A DNA stretch of 47,210 nucleotides, from positions 97,185 to 144,394 of the forward strand of contig JBCNUW010000003.1 in assembly GCA_039630575.1 (NCBI GenBank). Direction: 5' to 3'. A model generated the notes under the pieces. It had not been told where the DNA came from. It made no database searches and saw only the letters and a program-made list of their open reading frames with translations. How positions within the stretch are numbered: the stretch's first letter is position 1; every line of letters begins with the position of its first letter. The position numbers were made by a program, and so were the translations under genes. This DNA is from Candidatus Hydrothermales bacterium. GTDB taxonomy: Bacteria; Hydrothermota; Hydrothermia; Hydrothermales; JAJRUZ01. Of this stretch, positions 20,764 to 30,953 are shown piece after piece.

Positions 20764-22150
20764 AAAAATTATTTCTAACTATAAAGAGGGAAATAATTTT
20801 CCTTCAGAAGTTTTAAATAATTTTTTCAGTAAAGCAAAGGAGAATAAGTTTAATTCTTTTATAACTTTGAATGAAAAGGTCTTTGATGATGCTGATATTT
20901 TGGATAGAAAAGTGAGAGAAAAAAAGATCGAGGGAAGATTATTTGGAATTCCAATATCAGTAAAGGATAATATTCTTGTAAAAAATTTAAGAACTACTTG
21001 TGCTTCTAAAATACTTGAAAACTACATAGCTCCGTATGATGCTACAGTTATAGAGAGAATAAAAAGGGAAGGTGCTTTAATAGTAGGAAAAACAAATTTA
21101 GATGAGTTTGCTATGGGTTCTTCAAACGAATACTCTTATTTTGGTCCAGCTTTTAATCCCTTTGATAAAGAAAGAGTACCGGGTGGATCTTCTGGAGGTT
21201 CTGCTATTTCAGTAGCTAACGATGAGGCGGTTTTATCCTTAGGTTCTGACACAGGTGGTTCTGTTAGATTACCAGCATCTTTTTGTGGTGTATATGGTTT
21301 AAAACCAACCTATGGAGCTGTTTCAAGGTACGGTTTAATAGCTTTTGCATCTTCCCTCGATCAAATAGGTCCTTTTTCAAAGTATGTAGAAGATCTTGAA
21401 ATAATTTTTGACGTTATTAAGGGTAAGGATGAAAAGGATAATACATCTGTAAAATATCCGGATTTAAAAGTAGAAATTGGTTATCCATTAAAAATTGGAG
21501 TTTTGAAAGAATCTTTTTCTGATAAAGTTGAAGATGAAATTAAGGAGAAGTTAGATGAATTTATTTTATTTCTTGAAAAGGAAAATGTTGCTAAAATTAA
21601 AGAGTTTGAGATGGAGTCTTTTGAATATGCCATAGCTGTTTATTACATAATAGCCTGTGCAGAGGCTTCATCAAATTTAGCCCGTTACGATGGTATTCTT
21701 TATGGATTTAAGAAAAAAGGAGAAAATCTTTTATCAATGTATGAAAATACAAGAACACATGGTTTTGGAGAGGAGGTTAAAAGAAGAATTTTGTTTGGTA
21801 CCTTTGTTTTAAAAAGTGGTTACTATGAAGAGTATTACTTAAAGGCACAGAAGGCAAGAACAAAAATTTTAAGGGAATTTTTGAAAAATTTTGAAAAATT
21901 TGATCTTTTGCTTATGCCTGTTTCTCCAACTCTTCCTTTCAAGATAAAAGAGAAAGTAGAGGATCCTCTTAAGATGTATTTATCTGATATTTTTACAGTT
22001 TCAGTAAACCTGGCTGGACTTCCAGCTATTGCTTTTCCCTATACTTTTTCTAAGAACAACTTACCAATTGGATTTCAATTTATTGGGAAGTTTTTTGATG
22101 AATATCTTTTTTTCTCTCTCTTAAAAAAGATAGAAAGTCTTTTAAACTGA
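20750..22150 (+). CDS. gatA: Asp/Glu-tRNA amidotransferase subunit A
   Basis: GKTNLDEFAMGSS, PGGSSGGSA, GSDTGGSVRLPA, EASSNLARYDG. Confidence 0.98.
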   Translation: MSLIRKIISNYKEGNNFPSEVLNNFFSKAKENKFNSFITLNEKVFDDADILDRKVREKKIEGRLFGIPISVKDNILVKNLRTTCASKILENYIAPYDATVIERIKREGALIVGKTNLDEFAMGSSNEYSYFGPAFNPFDKERVPGGSSGGSAISVANDEAVLSLGSDTGGSVRLPASFCGVYGLKPTYGAVSRYGLIAFASSLDQIGPFSKYVEDLEIIFDVIKGKDEKDNTSVKYPDLKVEIGYPLKIGVLKESFSDKVEDEIKEKLDEFILFLEKENVAKIKEFEMESFEYAIAVYYIIACAEASSNLARYDGILYGFKKKGENLLSMYENTRTHGFGEEVKRRILFGTFVLKSGYYEEYYLKAQKARTKILREFLKNFEKFDLLLMPVSPTLPFKIKEKVEDPLKMYLSDIFTVSVNLAGLPAIAFPYTFSKNNLPIGFQFIGKFFDEYLFFSLLKKIESLLN

Positions 22151-23551
22151 ATGGATGAATTCACTATAAAGATTGGTGTTGAAATTCATGTTCAGCTTAA
22201 AACAAATAGTAAAATGTTTTGTTCTTGTAAAGTGGATATGTCTTCTGAACCAAACGAAAATATTTGTCCTATCTGTACTGGACAACCTGGAACTTTGCCT
22301 CTTCCAAATGAAAGAGCTATTAAATATGCGATTATTGTATCCCGAGCCCTTAATTCAAAAATTCCTGACTTATTGTACTTTTCACGAAAAAATTATTTTT
22401 ATCCCGACCTTCCAAAGGGTTATCAGATTACTCAGTATGGTATCTCAACGGGATATGGGGGGCAAGTTCCTGTTATTAAGGGAAAAGAAATTTTATATTT
22501 CCCGATTGAAAGAATAAATTTAGAAGAGGAGACAGCTAAATCTTTTTATGTTAATGGAAAAGTTTTTCTCGACTATAACAGGTGTGGAATACCTTTACTT
22601 GAAATAGTTACTCCTCCTGTTTTTGATTCTCCCGATATTTTAATAAATTTTCTAAAGTCTTTAAGGAGAATATTAATTTACCTTGGTGTTTCAGATTGTA
22701 ATATGGAGAGGGGAGAATTTAGGGTTGATACAAATATCTCGGTAAATTTTAAGGAAGTTTTTGATCACAGGGTTGAAATTAAAAATTTAAATTCATTAAG
22801 TGCAATTAAAGATTCTTTAGAGTATGAAATCAATAGACAAAAAAAAGCTATATTAAATAACGTTAAGCTTACAAGAGAAACGAGGTTATGGGATGATTTA
22901 AAAAAAGAAACAAGGGTAATGAGAACAAAAGAGTTTGTGGAAGATTACAGATATTTTCCAGAGCCAGATTTACCACCCTTTGAAGTTAATAAACATTATC
23001 TCTCAGAAGAGTTGCCTTTACTTCCTGATTATTACTTTAAGGAGTTAATCAATAATGGTGTAGATCCAAAGGAAGCAGAAATAATATTATCTTCACCTTT
23101 TTTAGCAGATTTTACATTAAAAATTTTAGAGAAATTTCCATTTCAAAAATTTAAAGGATGGATACTAACAGAGATTTTACAGTATATTGATGATTTAGAA
23201 AGCCTAAGAGATTTACCCTTTAATCATCTTGACTTCATTTCATTTTTAGAGAAGTTAGAAGAAGGCTTAATACCAAGGCATATAGGTCAGGATATAATAA
23301 GGAGCTCTATGACTAATAGAGTTAACATATCTGAACTTATTAAGGATAAGATAGAGATTAAAAGTGTTTTGGAGATAAATGAAGTAGTAGAGGAAATCAT
23401 AAGGGAAAACATTGATGTAGTAGAAAAGATTAGAGCAGGTAAGGTTTCTGCAATTTCATATCTTGTGGGCCAAACAATGAGTAAATTAAAGGGAAGAGCA
23501 AATCCAAAAGAAATAAAAGATATAATTGAGAAAAAACTCAATCTAAAATAA
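22151..23551 (+). CDS. gatB: Asp/Glu-tRNA amidotransferase subunit B
   Basis: IGVEIHVQL, RKNYFYPDLPKGYQITQ, EIKNLNS, DYRYFPEPDL. Confidence 0.98.
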   Translation: MDEFTIKIGVEIHVQLKTNSKMFCSCKVDMSSEPNENICPICTGQPGTLPLPNERAIKYAIIVSRALNSKIPDLLYFSRKNYFYPDLPKGYQITQYGISTGYGGQVPVIKGKEILYFPIERINLEEETAKSFYVNGKVFLDYNRCGIPLLEIVTPPVFDSPDILINFLKSLRRILIYLGVSDCNMERGEFRVDTNISVNFKEVFDHRVEIKNLNSLSAIKDSLEYEINRQKKAILNNVKLTRETRLWDDLKKETRVMRTKEFVEDYRYFPEPDLPPFEVNKHYLSEELPLLPDYYFKELINNGVDPKEAEIILSSPFLADFTLKILEKFPFQKFKGWILTEILQYIDDLESLRDLPFNHLDFISFLEKLEEGLIPRHIGQDIIRSSMTNRVNISELIKDKIEIKSVLEINEVVEEIIRENIDVVEKIRAGKVSAISYLVGQTMSKLKGRANPKEIKDIIEKKLNLK

Positions 23552-23557
23552 TTTTAT

Positions 23558-23587
23558 TTGAATTTTAAATCTAAAATTTATTAAAAT
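23558..23587 (+). promoter_or_regulatory. putative sigma70 promoter of the SDR gene
   Basis: TTGAAT (23558-23563), 18 nt, TAAAAT (23582-23587); AT-rich background lowers certainty. Confidence 0.5.
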
Positions 23588-23594
23588 TAAAAAA

Positions 23595-23605
23595 GGTTCA
23601 AATCC
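23595..23605 (+). promoter_or_regulatory. free-standing tRNA T-arm-like motif, copy 1
   Basis: AAGG-TTCAAAT-CCTT hairpin, 20 nt before ATG 23626, no SD. Confidence 0.7.
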
Positions 23606-23625
23606 TTATCCATTTAGATAAAAAA

Positions 23626-24405
23626 ATGAAAGGAGAGTATGCACTCATACTTGGTTCATCAAGTGGTTTTGGAAAGGCATGTTCTCTTTATTTTGCTGAA
23701 AAGGGTTTTAATATATTTGGTGTTCATTTAGACAGGAAAAGTGCTTTATCTGAAGTAAATAGTTTAGTTAATAATATTAGGGCAAAAGGAGTTTTTGTAA
23801 GATTCTTTAATGTTAACGCAGCAGATCATGAAAAAAGAAAAGAGATAATAAATGAAGTTGAAAAAGTTTTAAAAAAGGAGAAAAAGATATTAAAGATAAT
23901 GCTTCATTCATTAGCTTTTGGAACTTTAAAGCCCTATGTGGGAGAAAGTAAGATTAGGCCTTCTGATATGGAGATGACTCTTGAAGTTATGGGAAATTCA
24001 CTCGTATGGTGGGTAGTTGAACTTTTTGAAAAAGGTCTTTTAGGAAAAGGTTCAAGGGTTTTTGCAATGACCAGTATGGGTTCACAGAGAGTTTGGGAAA
24101 ACTACGGTGCAATTTCAGCTTCCAAAGCATTACTTGAATCCCACGTAAGGCAACTATCTTTTGAACTTGCAAAACATGGGATTACTGTTAATGCAATTCA
24201 AGCTGGAGTAACTGATACTCCAGCTCTAAGAAAAATTCCCAACTATGAAAAAATGTTAAAGTTTGCCAAAAAAGTGAATCCTTCAGGTAGGATAACAGAA
24301 CCGTTAGATGTAGCTAAAGCCATATATGCTTTATCCTCAGATGATACATACTGGATTACAGGTAATGTAATAAGGGTGGATGGTGGGGAAGCTATTGCAG
24401 GTTAA
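23626..24405 (+). CDS. SDR oxidoreductase, FabL-like enoyl-ACP reductase
   Basis: ALILGSSSGFG, YGAISASK (Yx6K), AGVTDTPAL, WITGNVIRVDGG. Confidence 0.85.
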   Translation: MKGEYALILGSSSGFGKACSLYFAEKGFNIFGVHLDRKSALSEVNSLVNNIRAKGVFVRFFNVNAADHEKRKEIINEVEKVLKKEKKILKIMLHSLAFGTLKPYVGESKIRPSDMEMTLEVMGNSLVWWVVELFEKGLLGKGSRVFAMTSMGSQRVWENYGAISASKALLESHVRQLSFELAKHGITVNAIQAGVTDTPALRKIPNYEKMLKFAKKVNPSGRITEPLDVAKAIYALSSDDTYWITGNVIRVDGGEAIAG

Positions 24406-24407
24406 GT

Positions 24408-25577
24408 TTATATTTTCTTTCTCATTTCTTTTATTAACTCTGAGGCAATAATATTTCTTAAAATTTCATTTGTACCTTCGTATATCTGTGTTATTTTAGC
24501 ATCTCTCATCATTTTTTCTACAGGATACTCTCTAATATAACCGTATCCACCAAAAATCTGAACTGCCTCTATCGTTACACTCATTGCAACATCTGAGGCA
24601 AAACATTTTGCCATTGCAGATTCTTTCTCGGGTTTCTTTCCGCTGTCTAATGCTTTTGCAACTTGATATGTCAAGGCTCTCGCTGCCTCAATCTTTGTTG
24701 CCATGTCTGCAAACTTATGTTGAACTATTTGAAAACTTGATATTGGTTGACCAAACTGTTTCCTTTGAAGTGAATACTCTATAGCTGCATCAAGGGCTGC
24801 CTGTGCAATTCCTATTGCTTGTGCTGCCACTCCAGGTCTTGTGTATAGAAAAGTACTTGTTGCCACAAACAAACCATAACCCTCTTTACCAATAATATTT
24901 TCCTCAGGAACAAATACATCCTCAAAAATAACTTCTCCAGTTGGTGAAGCTCTTATGCCTAATTTATCTTCCTTCTTACCTATTTTTAGCCCAGGTGTTC
25001 CTCTTTCTACAAGAAAAGCACTCATTCCCCTTGCTCCCTTTTTCGGATCAGTTAGGGCAAAAACTGAGTAAAAGTCAGCTACCTGGGCATTTGTTATAAA
25101 TTGTTTAACTCCATTTAAAACATATCCTCCATTTTTTCTTATAGCAGTTGTTTTGATACTTAAAGCATCACTTCCAGCCTCTGGCTCAGTCAAGCAAAAA
25201 GCAGCTATCTTTCCCTCTGCAATTTTAGGTAGTACTTTTCTTTTTAGGTTTTCGTTACCGAATAGTATTACTGGAAAAGAACCAAGAGCTGTTCCTGCTA
25301 AAGCAAGAGAGATACCTGCACAACCCCATGAAAGTTCTTCTATCGCAAGACATAAAGCAAATACTCCCATCCCTAATCCTCCGTATTCTTGAGGTATGTA
25401 TATTCCAAATAGATCCGTATCTACCATTACTTTAACTATCTCATAGGGAAATTCCGCATTTTTGTCATACTTTTCTCTTACTGGAATAATTTTTTCAATT
25501 GCTATTTTTCTTGCAGTTTGTTTTATCATTAATTCCTCTTCAGTTAATTTGTAAAGCATACCCTTCAAATTTTTCAT
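24408..25577 (-). CDS. acyl-CoA dehydrogenase (start may be ATG 25559)
   Basis: FCLTEPEAGSDA, LNGVKQFITN, RKQFGQPI, QIFGGYGY..EYPVEKMMRDAKITQIYEGT. Confidence 0.96.
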   Translation of the reverse strand: MKNLKGMLYKLTEEELMIKQTARKIAIEKIIPVREKYDKNAEFPYEIVKVMVDTDLFGIYIPQEYGGLGMGVFALCLAIEELSWGCAGISLALAGTALGSFPVILFGNENLKRKVLPKIAEGKIAAFCLTEPEAGSDALSIKTTAIRKNGGYVLNGVKQFITNAQVADFYSVFALTDPKKGARGMSAFLVERGTPGLKIGKKEDKLGIRASPTGEVIFEDVFVPEENIIGKEGYGLFVATSTFLYTRPGVAAQAIGIAQAALDAAIEYSLQRKQFGQPISSFQIVQHKFADMATKIEAARALTYQVAKALDSGKKPEKESAMAKCFASDVAMSVTIEAVQIFGGYGYIREYPVEKMMRDAKITQIYEGTNEILRNIIASELIKEMRKKI

Positions 25578-25583
25578 ACTTTG

Positions 25584-25594
25584 GGAATCGAACC
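25584..25594 (-). promoter_or_regulatory. free-standing tRNA T-arm-like motif, copy 2
   Basis: GG-TTCGATT-CC, 5 nt after the mnmE stop; 24 nt before ATG 25559 (6 nt before ATG 25577). Confidence 0.6.
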
Positions 25595-25599
25595 GTTAT

Positions 25600-26964
25600 T
25601 TATTTTCCTACACAAAAATCCGAAAAGATTTTATTAAGGATCTCATTATCTATATCTTTTCCAATAACTATGTTTAAAATACCAAGACAATTTCTTAAGT
25701 GGAGTCCAGCTAATTCATCCATATCTTCACTAAGTAATCTCTTTGCTTCCAAAAGTTCTGATGTCACTTCTTTTAACTTAGACTCTTCAAATAGAGTAAG
25801 AGAGATCTCTGTGGATCCAAATTGATTTTCTGCTAAAATTTCCAGCTCTTTTTTTAATTTCTCTATGCCTTTTTCTTTTAAAGCACTTATCTCAAAAATC
25901 TTTTCAAAATTATTTTTGATAACCTCTTTATCCCACTTAATTCCCTTATCTATTTTGTTAATTACAAGAATCAAGTTTTTTTTACTGTTTAATTTCTTAA
26001 TTTTTTTTATTTCTTTTTCATCAGGCTTTCTTTGGCTGTCAAGCATCCATATAATTATGTCTGATTCTCTTATAATTTTTTTTGCTCTTTTAATTCCTTC
26101 TTTTTCTATTTTTGATGATGTTCTTAATCTAATACCAGCTGTATCGTATATAATTGAATTTATTCCTTTAACTGAAAAATTCTCTGATATATAATCTCTT
26201 GTTGTCCCAGGTTCTTCTGTGACTATAGATCTTTCTTTTCCCAATAGCTTATTAAATAAGGTAGACTTTCCAACATTAGGAGCCCCACAAATAGAAATTT
26301 TTAAACCATCAAAAATTCTTCTTGAATCTTCGGAATTTTTTAAATAATTACTTATTTTACTTTTAACCTCTTCAATCTCTTTAATAAGCTTTTCTTTAGA
26401 AAAAGGTGGTAAATCTTCTTCAGGATAGTTTAGGTTAACCTCAATTTCTGCTAAGATTTCCTTTATGTTTTCAAATAATTCTTCAAATTTTTTTCTTAAA
26501 TTTCCCTCCAACCTTTTTAATGAAATCTCTAATGCTTTTAAATTTTCAGCCTTTGCAATTTGATTTATTGCTTGGGCAGATATCAAATCAATTTTTCCGT
26601 TTAAGACTGCTCTCATCGTAAATTCACCTGGTTCTGCATATCTTGCTCCTAAATTTAAAAGGGTTTTTATTATAAGTTTAGGTATAAAAGTTCCACCATG
26701 AGTGAATATTTCAATCATATCTTCACCGGTATAACTTTTCGGTTTTTTATAGTATACCCATTGTACTTTATCTATAATTTTTTTTGTTTCATTATCAAAT
26801 AATTTTCCAAGATACATTTTTCGGTGTTTGTAGGGTGGAGGAGGTTCAGCAATTTTTGAAAAAATATAAAGGGTTTTTTCACCAGAAATTCTTATAATGT
26901 TAAGAGCTGATCCCTTCGAAATTAAAGTAGCAGGTGCACAGATGGTATCCTCTAATCTTTGCAA
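25600..26964 (-). CDS. mnmE: tRNA modification GTPase MnmE
   Basis: DTICAPAT, PKSYTGED, GAPNVGKST, GTTRD, DTAG, C-terminal FCVGK. Confidence 0.97.
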   Translation of the reverse strand: MQRLEDTICAPATLISKGSALNIIRISGEKTLYIFSKIAEPPPPYKHRKMYLGKLFDNETKKIIDKVQWVYYKKPKSYTGEDMIEIFTHGGTFIPKLIIKTLLNLGARYAEPGEFTMRAVLNGKIDLISAQAINQIAKAENLKALEISLKRLEGNLRKKFEELFENIKEILAEIEVNLNYPEEDLPPFSKEKLIKEIEEVKSKISNYLKNSEDSRRIFDGLKISICGAPNVGKSTLFNKLLGKERSIVTEEPGTTRDYISENFSVKGINSIIYDTAGIRLRTSSKIEKEGIKRAKKIIRESDIIIWMLDSQRKPDEKEIKKIKKLNSKKNLILVINKIDKGIKWDKEVIKNNFEKIFEISALKEKGIEKLKKELEILAENQFGSTEISLTLFEESKLKEVTSELLEAKRLLSEDMDELAGLHLRNCLGILNIVIGKDIDNEILNKIFSDFCVGK

Positions 26965-26965
26965 A

Positions 26966-27559
26966 TTATATTGAAGGAGCGATAATAATATTTTTTCTTT
27001 TACCTTTTCCTGCTGTATAAATTTTTATTCCTTTTTCCCTTTTTAATGCTTTTCTTACTAATCTCTCTTCTTCCTCAGTAAGCACATCAAGAGTTATTTC
27101 TCTTTTTGATTCTCTCACAAGTTTAGCTACGGCTTTTGCTTTGTGAATTATAAAAGCTTGTTTTTTCTTTTTATAATTTGATATATCTAATCTTACTTTT
27201 AGATCCTTAAATTTTTTTCTAAAAGCTTGATATAAAATATGTTCAAGGGCTTTAAGCGTTTCACCTTTTTTTCCTATTAATAAATTATCTGATTTTCTTG
27301 TTGAGAGGTTAACATGTATTCTTGGTGGATGAAAGGCAAAATTTATTTTACCCCTATCCCTCATTATTTCTAAAATTCCATTTAAAAAATTTTCTATAAA
27401 TTCAAATTCCTTGAACTCAAGATAAACTCTTACTTTTGCATTATTTTGATTATCGTTTAAAATTTCCACTTTAACGTCTTCCCTTTTTGCACCTGTTTCT
27501 AAAAGTGCCTTTTCTATTGCCTTTTCAACCGTTTCAGCTTTTGTTTCAATGTATTTCAT
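26966..27559 (-). CDS. jag: Jag/KhpB (EloR) RNA-binding protein
   Basis: Jag_N (AETVEKAIEKAL), KH motif LIGKKGETLKALE, degenerate R3H; lies between yidC and mnmE. Confidence 0.85.
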   Translation of the reverse strand: MKYIETKAETVEKAIEKALLETGAKREDVKVEILNDNQNNAKVRVYLEFKEFEFIENFLNGILEIMRDRGKINFAFHPPRIHVNLSTRKSDNLLIGKKGETLKALEHILYQAFRKKFKDLKVRLDISNYKKKKQAFIIHKAKAVAKLVRESKREITLDVLTEEEERLVRKALKREKGIKIYTAGKGKRKNIIIAPSI

Positions 27560-28956
27560 CTTTGAATCCTTCTTTTTATTAAAAGACTTTCAAAAATTCC
27601 AAGTATATTATAAAGCAACCAATAGTATACAAGTCCAGCAGGTAAGTTTAAAAATATTATTGTAATAAAAATAGACATAAAAATTCCAATTCTTCTTGTT
27701 TGTTCATCCTGAGATGGTTGAAGGAACTGCTGCAATAGTGAGGTCAAACCCATGAGAATTGGAAGAACATAAAAGGGATCTCTTGAAGATAAATCCTTTA
27801 TCCATAAAAATAATTCTTTTCCTCTAAACATTATCTCATTTGTTAAGACCTGGTAAAGTGCCCAAAATACAGGGAGCTGTAATAATAAAGGAAAACATCC
27901 AGAAAAGGGATTCACACCCTTTTCTTTATAAAGTTTCAAAACTTCTTCATTTAATTTTTTAGGATCATCTTTATAAATTTTCCTCAAAGCTTCTAACCTT
28001 GGTTTTAAATCCTCCATCTTTTTCATTGCTCTCATCGACTTAATAGTTAATGGCATAAAAATAATTTTCATTAAAAGTGTAAAAACAAAAATTACAATAC
28101 TGGAAAGTTTAATTGTACCATAAAACCATTTAAAGGAATACAAAATAAATAAAGTAAAAGGTTTTATAATCCAAAAACCAAGTGGATATAACTCGTAAAG
28201 TAAATATCCTTCTTTTTTTAATATAAAATAATCCTTAGGACCTATAAAGGTATAAAATGAATCAACAGTTTCAGTTATAAATTTAAAGAATTTCCCCTCC
28301 CTATAACCTTCAGCTTTAACAATCTTTTTAAAATACTCCGGCTTTATTATAACTTGTATAAAGTACTTTGTTTCACTTCCCACCCAGAGAGTATTCTCTC
28401 CACCAAAATCTATATCAGAAAAATTTTTTAAATTATGTTTTTTAATACTACCTCTTTTATATTCAATTAAGTTATAATTTTTTTCATCAATTGGATCAAT
28501 AGTTGGTAAAAAGGAAAATAAAAAGAAATTAACATTTTTAAATTTAACTTTCAATTTGTAACCATCTAAAAGTAAAAATTCCTTTGAAATCAAACCATCT
28601 TTTGATTTAAATACTACGCTTTTCTCATCAAATTTATTCAATTCCAAAAGAGTATCTAAGGGTGTGATAAAATTTGGAACATATATTTTAAGGTTTTCTT
28701 CATTTTTAAAATCCCGGAATTTTTTAAGTTCAATTTCCTTTATAATTCCACCCTTTTTCAAAAGAAAAATCCTCAGGTATTCATTTTCAATTAAAATTTT
28801 TTCATCTTCTGGAATATTTAAAGATTTTGGCTCAACTTTAATCTTTTTATTCTTTTCTTCTCTCTCAACTTCCTTAGGTAAAAACTTTAAAAGAAGTATA
28901 TTGTAAACAATAAAAAATAAAATAAGGGTTAAAATCAACGCTAAGTTTCTTCTCAT
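27556..28956 (-). CDS. yidC: membrane protein insertase YidC
   Basis: Periplasmic domain, GPK, VNPFSGCFPLLLQLPVFWALY, WIKDLS, PAGLVYYW. Confidence 0.96.
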   Translation of the reverse strand: MRRNLALILTLILFFIVYNILLLKFLPKEVEREEKNKKIKVEPKSLNIPEDEKILIENEYLRIFLLKKGGIIKEIELKKFRDFKNEENLKIYVPNFITPLDTLLELNKFDEKSVVFKSKDGLISKEFLLLDGYKLKVKFKNVNFFLFSFLPTIDPIDEKNYNLIEYKRGSIKKHNLKNFSDIDFGGENTLWVGSETKYFIQVIIKPEYFKKIVKAEGYREGKFFKFITETVDSFYTFIGPKDYFILKKEGYLLYELYPLGFWIIKPFTLFILYSFKWFYGTIKLSSIVIFVFTLLMKIIFMPLTIKSMRAMKKMEDLKPRLEALRKIYKDDPKKLNEEVLKLYKEKGVNPFSGCFPLLLQLPVFWALYQVLTNEIMFRGKELFLWIKDLSSRDPFYVLPILMGLTSLLQQFLQPSQDEQTRRIGIFMSIFITIIFLNLPAGLVYYWLLYNILGIFESLLIKRRIQR

Positions 28957-29195
28957 TTTTTAAAAAGTTTTATGTAATCTTCATACGGATAGTTTATACC
29001 ACCTCTTGAAAAGGGGTTACATCTAAAAATCCTAAAAGCTGAAAGTATAAGACCCTTTAAAACTCCATAATCCCTTATTGACATTTCAGCATAATAGCTA
29101 CAGGTTGGATAAAATCTACAGGAAGGGGGGAAGAAATTAGAAAAAATTCTTATAACTTTTATCAAAATAATCAAAAAATTTTTCATTTCTCCCAA
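28953..29195 (-). CDS. yidD: membrane protein insertion efficiency factor YidD
   Basis: CRFYPTCSYY, RIFRCNPF..GG; start could be ATG 29186. Confidence 0.93.
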   Translation of the reverse strand: MGEMKNFLIILIKVIRIFSNFFPPSCRFYPTCSYYAEMSIRDYGVLKGLILSAFRIFRCNPFSRGGINYPYEDYIKLFKK

Positions 29196-29509
29196 AGTTC
29201 CACCAGTTCTTTTTCAATATCATTAATGTGTGTATTTAGTATTTTACTATTTCCTATCAGAACAACATCATAGCCTTTAAACAAAAGCTTATTTCTTCTA
29301 AAAATTTCTCTTAAGATTCTTTTTATTCTATTTCTATCATGTGCCTTTAATTTTTTTCTTTTAGAAGAGAAAGCAACCTTTCCCTGACCCTTTTTGTAAG
29401 CAACCAGTATCATTTTTCCCTTTTTAAATTCACCAGTTTCAAAAATATCTCTTATTTCATCTTTTTTAAGTCTTTGCGGAAGTTTATAATCTATACCGTT
29501 AATTTCCAC
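29183..29509 (-). CDS. rnpA: ribonuclease P protein component
   Basis: [18 protein letters not shown] (RNR motif); lies between rpmH and yidD. Confidence 0.88.
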   Translation of the reverse strand: MEINGIDYKLPQRLKKDEIRDIFETGEFKKGKMILVAYKKGQGKVAFSSKRKKLKAHDRNRIKRILREIFRRNKLLFKGYDVVLIGNSKILNTHINDIEKELVELWEK

Positions 29510-29625
29510 CTTCCCTTCTGCCTCCTTCTTTTTAAAACCTTTCTACCGCCTTTTGTTTTCATTCTCGCTCTAAACCCATGTCTTCTCTTTCTTTTAATTT
29601 TACTTGGTTGATATGTTCTCTTCAT
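29491..29625 (-). CDS. rpmH: 50S ribosomal protein L34
   Basis: Manual translation [44 protein letters not shown]; not in ORF track. Confidence 0.98.
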   Translation of the reverse strand: MKRTYQPSKIKRKRRHGFRARMKTKGGRKVLKRRRQKGRWKLTV

Positions 29626-29644
29626 ATTTATTAATTCAAAAATG

Positions 29645-29655
29645 GGATTTGAACC
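29645..29655 (-). promoter_or_regulatory. free-standing tRNA T-arm-like motif, copy 3
   Basis: GGG-TTCAAAT-CCC, 19 nt before rpmH ATG, no SD. Confidence 0.7.
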
Positions 29656-29675
29656 CCCCTAAGTTAAAATATCTT

Positions 29676-30941
29676 TTAGGGAATATTAACTATTTTATTA
29701 TCGACAGGTTCAACTCCACCTATATTATCTCCGTTAGAATCAAGTTTCAAACCGTCTAAATCTTTTACATTCTTGTTTATCCAAAGCCAGACTGGATTAC
29801 TTTTATTTGAAATAAGGGTAAGTTCTATGTATGTTCTTTTTTCTCCATGATGTTGTATCTTTTTCATATTAAATGGAACAGCATCTTGTAGATAATTTCT
29901 GAACACTTTAACTGTGTTATAGTTTATTGTAGATGTGTCCATAAGTTCGTCAAACCAGAAAACGATTAAATTTTCTGATCTTGAACTATTGAGATAAGAA
30001 GGATAGTCAGTTCTGGTTAAACTTTGGGTAACTGTTGCAAAGAAGATTTGTACTCTATCTATTTCATTCTTTTCTGAAATACCATTGTTATTACCATCAA
30101 GTGAATTTCCTGCTATATCCTTTAAATTTGTATTTATAATAAGTTTATATACTTTACTATAATTTAAAGAAAAGCCTGAAAAAATAATATCTGTTCTATT
30201 TAGTGGAGAATCTATTGTAACTCTTGGATTTCCGATATTTATTTTTAACCCTGATTCATACTCATAAAGTTCAAAAGCTCCATTAACCGAATTCCTATCA
30301 ATATCATTTACATAAAATCTAACATGTATACTGTCATTTATTCCAATTAAACCTCCAAGGCGAAGGGGATTAGGAGATATTAAATTAGCAGGAATTCTGA
30401 AGCTTGGTGGACGGTAATCTGGATCAGGTACAAGGTTTCCTCTTCTTGTCCAAAGGGTATTGTGGTAGTCATCGAGTGAACCCTCTGCATACCCATTTCT
30501 ATTTCCATCAAGAGGGTTTCCTGAAAGATCCTTTGCTGTACTTTTAATTATAACTTCATACTTTGTAGAGTCAGTAAAACCAAAATTTTGTGAAAGTATA
30601 TAGACTGCTCTGTTTGAAGTTTTCTCATAATTCCATGTTCCGTTTGGAACCTCTGTACTTCTTCCTCCTACTACTTTCAGCTCAATAGAGGCGAGAAGTG
30701 ATTTTTCGTCCATGGGCTCTGAAAAGTATATAAAAATTATATCTTGAACATTAGGGTTTAGAGTATCGAAATCCTCTAACACTCTATCGCCGTCTAATGT
30801 AACAACAGATGTAACTGTTGGTAATCTGTTCTCTTTAATTACTTCTTCTCCTAATATACCTGGTTCAATAGGTAAGGATTTTCTTTTACAGGATAAGAAA
30901 ACTAAAGCTATTGACATATTTATTAATACTAACTTTCTCAT
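29676..30941 (-). CDS. lipoprotein with three bacterial Ig-like (Big_5/SbsA-type) repeats
   Basis: Lipobox FLSC; FSEPMD / FDELMD; repeats KDLSGNPLDGNRNG, KDIAGNSLDGNNNG, KDLDGLKLDSNGD; AAGGAGG SD. Confidence 0.8.
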   Translation of the reverse strand: MRKLVLINMSIALVFLSCKRKSLPIEPGILGEEVIKENRLPTVTSVVTLDGDRVLEDFDTLNPNVQDIIFIYFSEPMDEKSLLASIELKVVGGRSTEVPNGTWNYEKTSNRAVYILSQNFGFTDSTKYEVIIKSTAKDLSGNPLDGNRNGYAEGSLDDYHNTLWTRRGNLVPDPDYRPPSFRIPANLISPNPLRLGGLIGINDSIHVRFYVNDIDRNSVNGAFELYEYESGLKINIGNPRVTIDSPLNRTDIIFSGFSLNYSKVYKLIINTNLKDIAGNSLDGNNNGISEKNEIDRVQIFFATVTQSLTRTDYPSYLNSSRSENLIVFWFDELMDTSTINYNTVKVFRNYLQDAVPFNMKKIQHHGEKRTYIELTLISNKSNPVWLWINKNVKDLDGLKLDSNGDNIGGVEPVDNKIVNIP

Positions 30942-30953
30942 ATTTTCCTCCTT

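Noticed and set aside
29707..29717. GGTTCAACTCC match to the T-arm motif on the + strand
   Set aside because: Antisense within a CDS (encodes GVEP) with no downstream + gene; treated as chance. It would matter only if the motif is a DNA operator.
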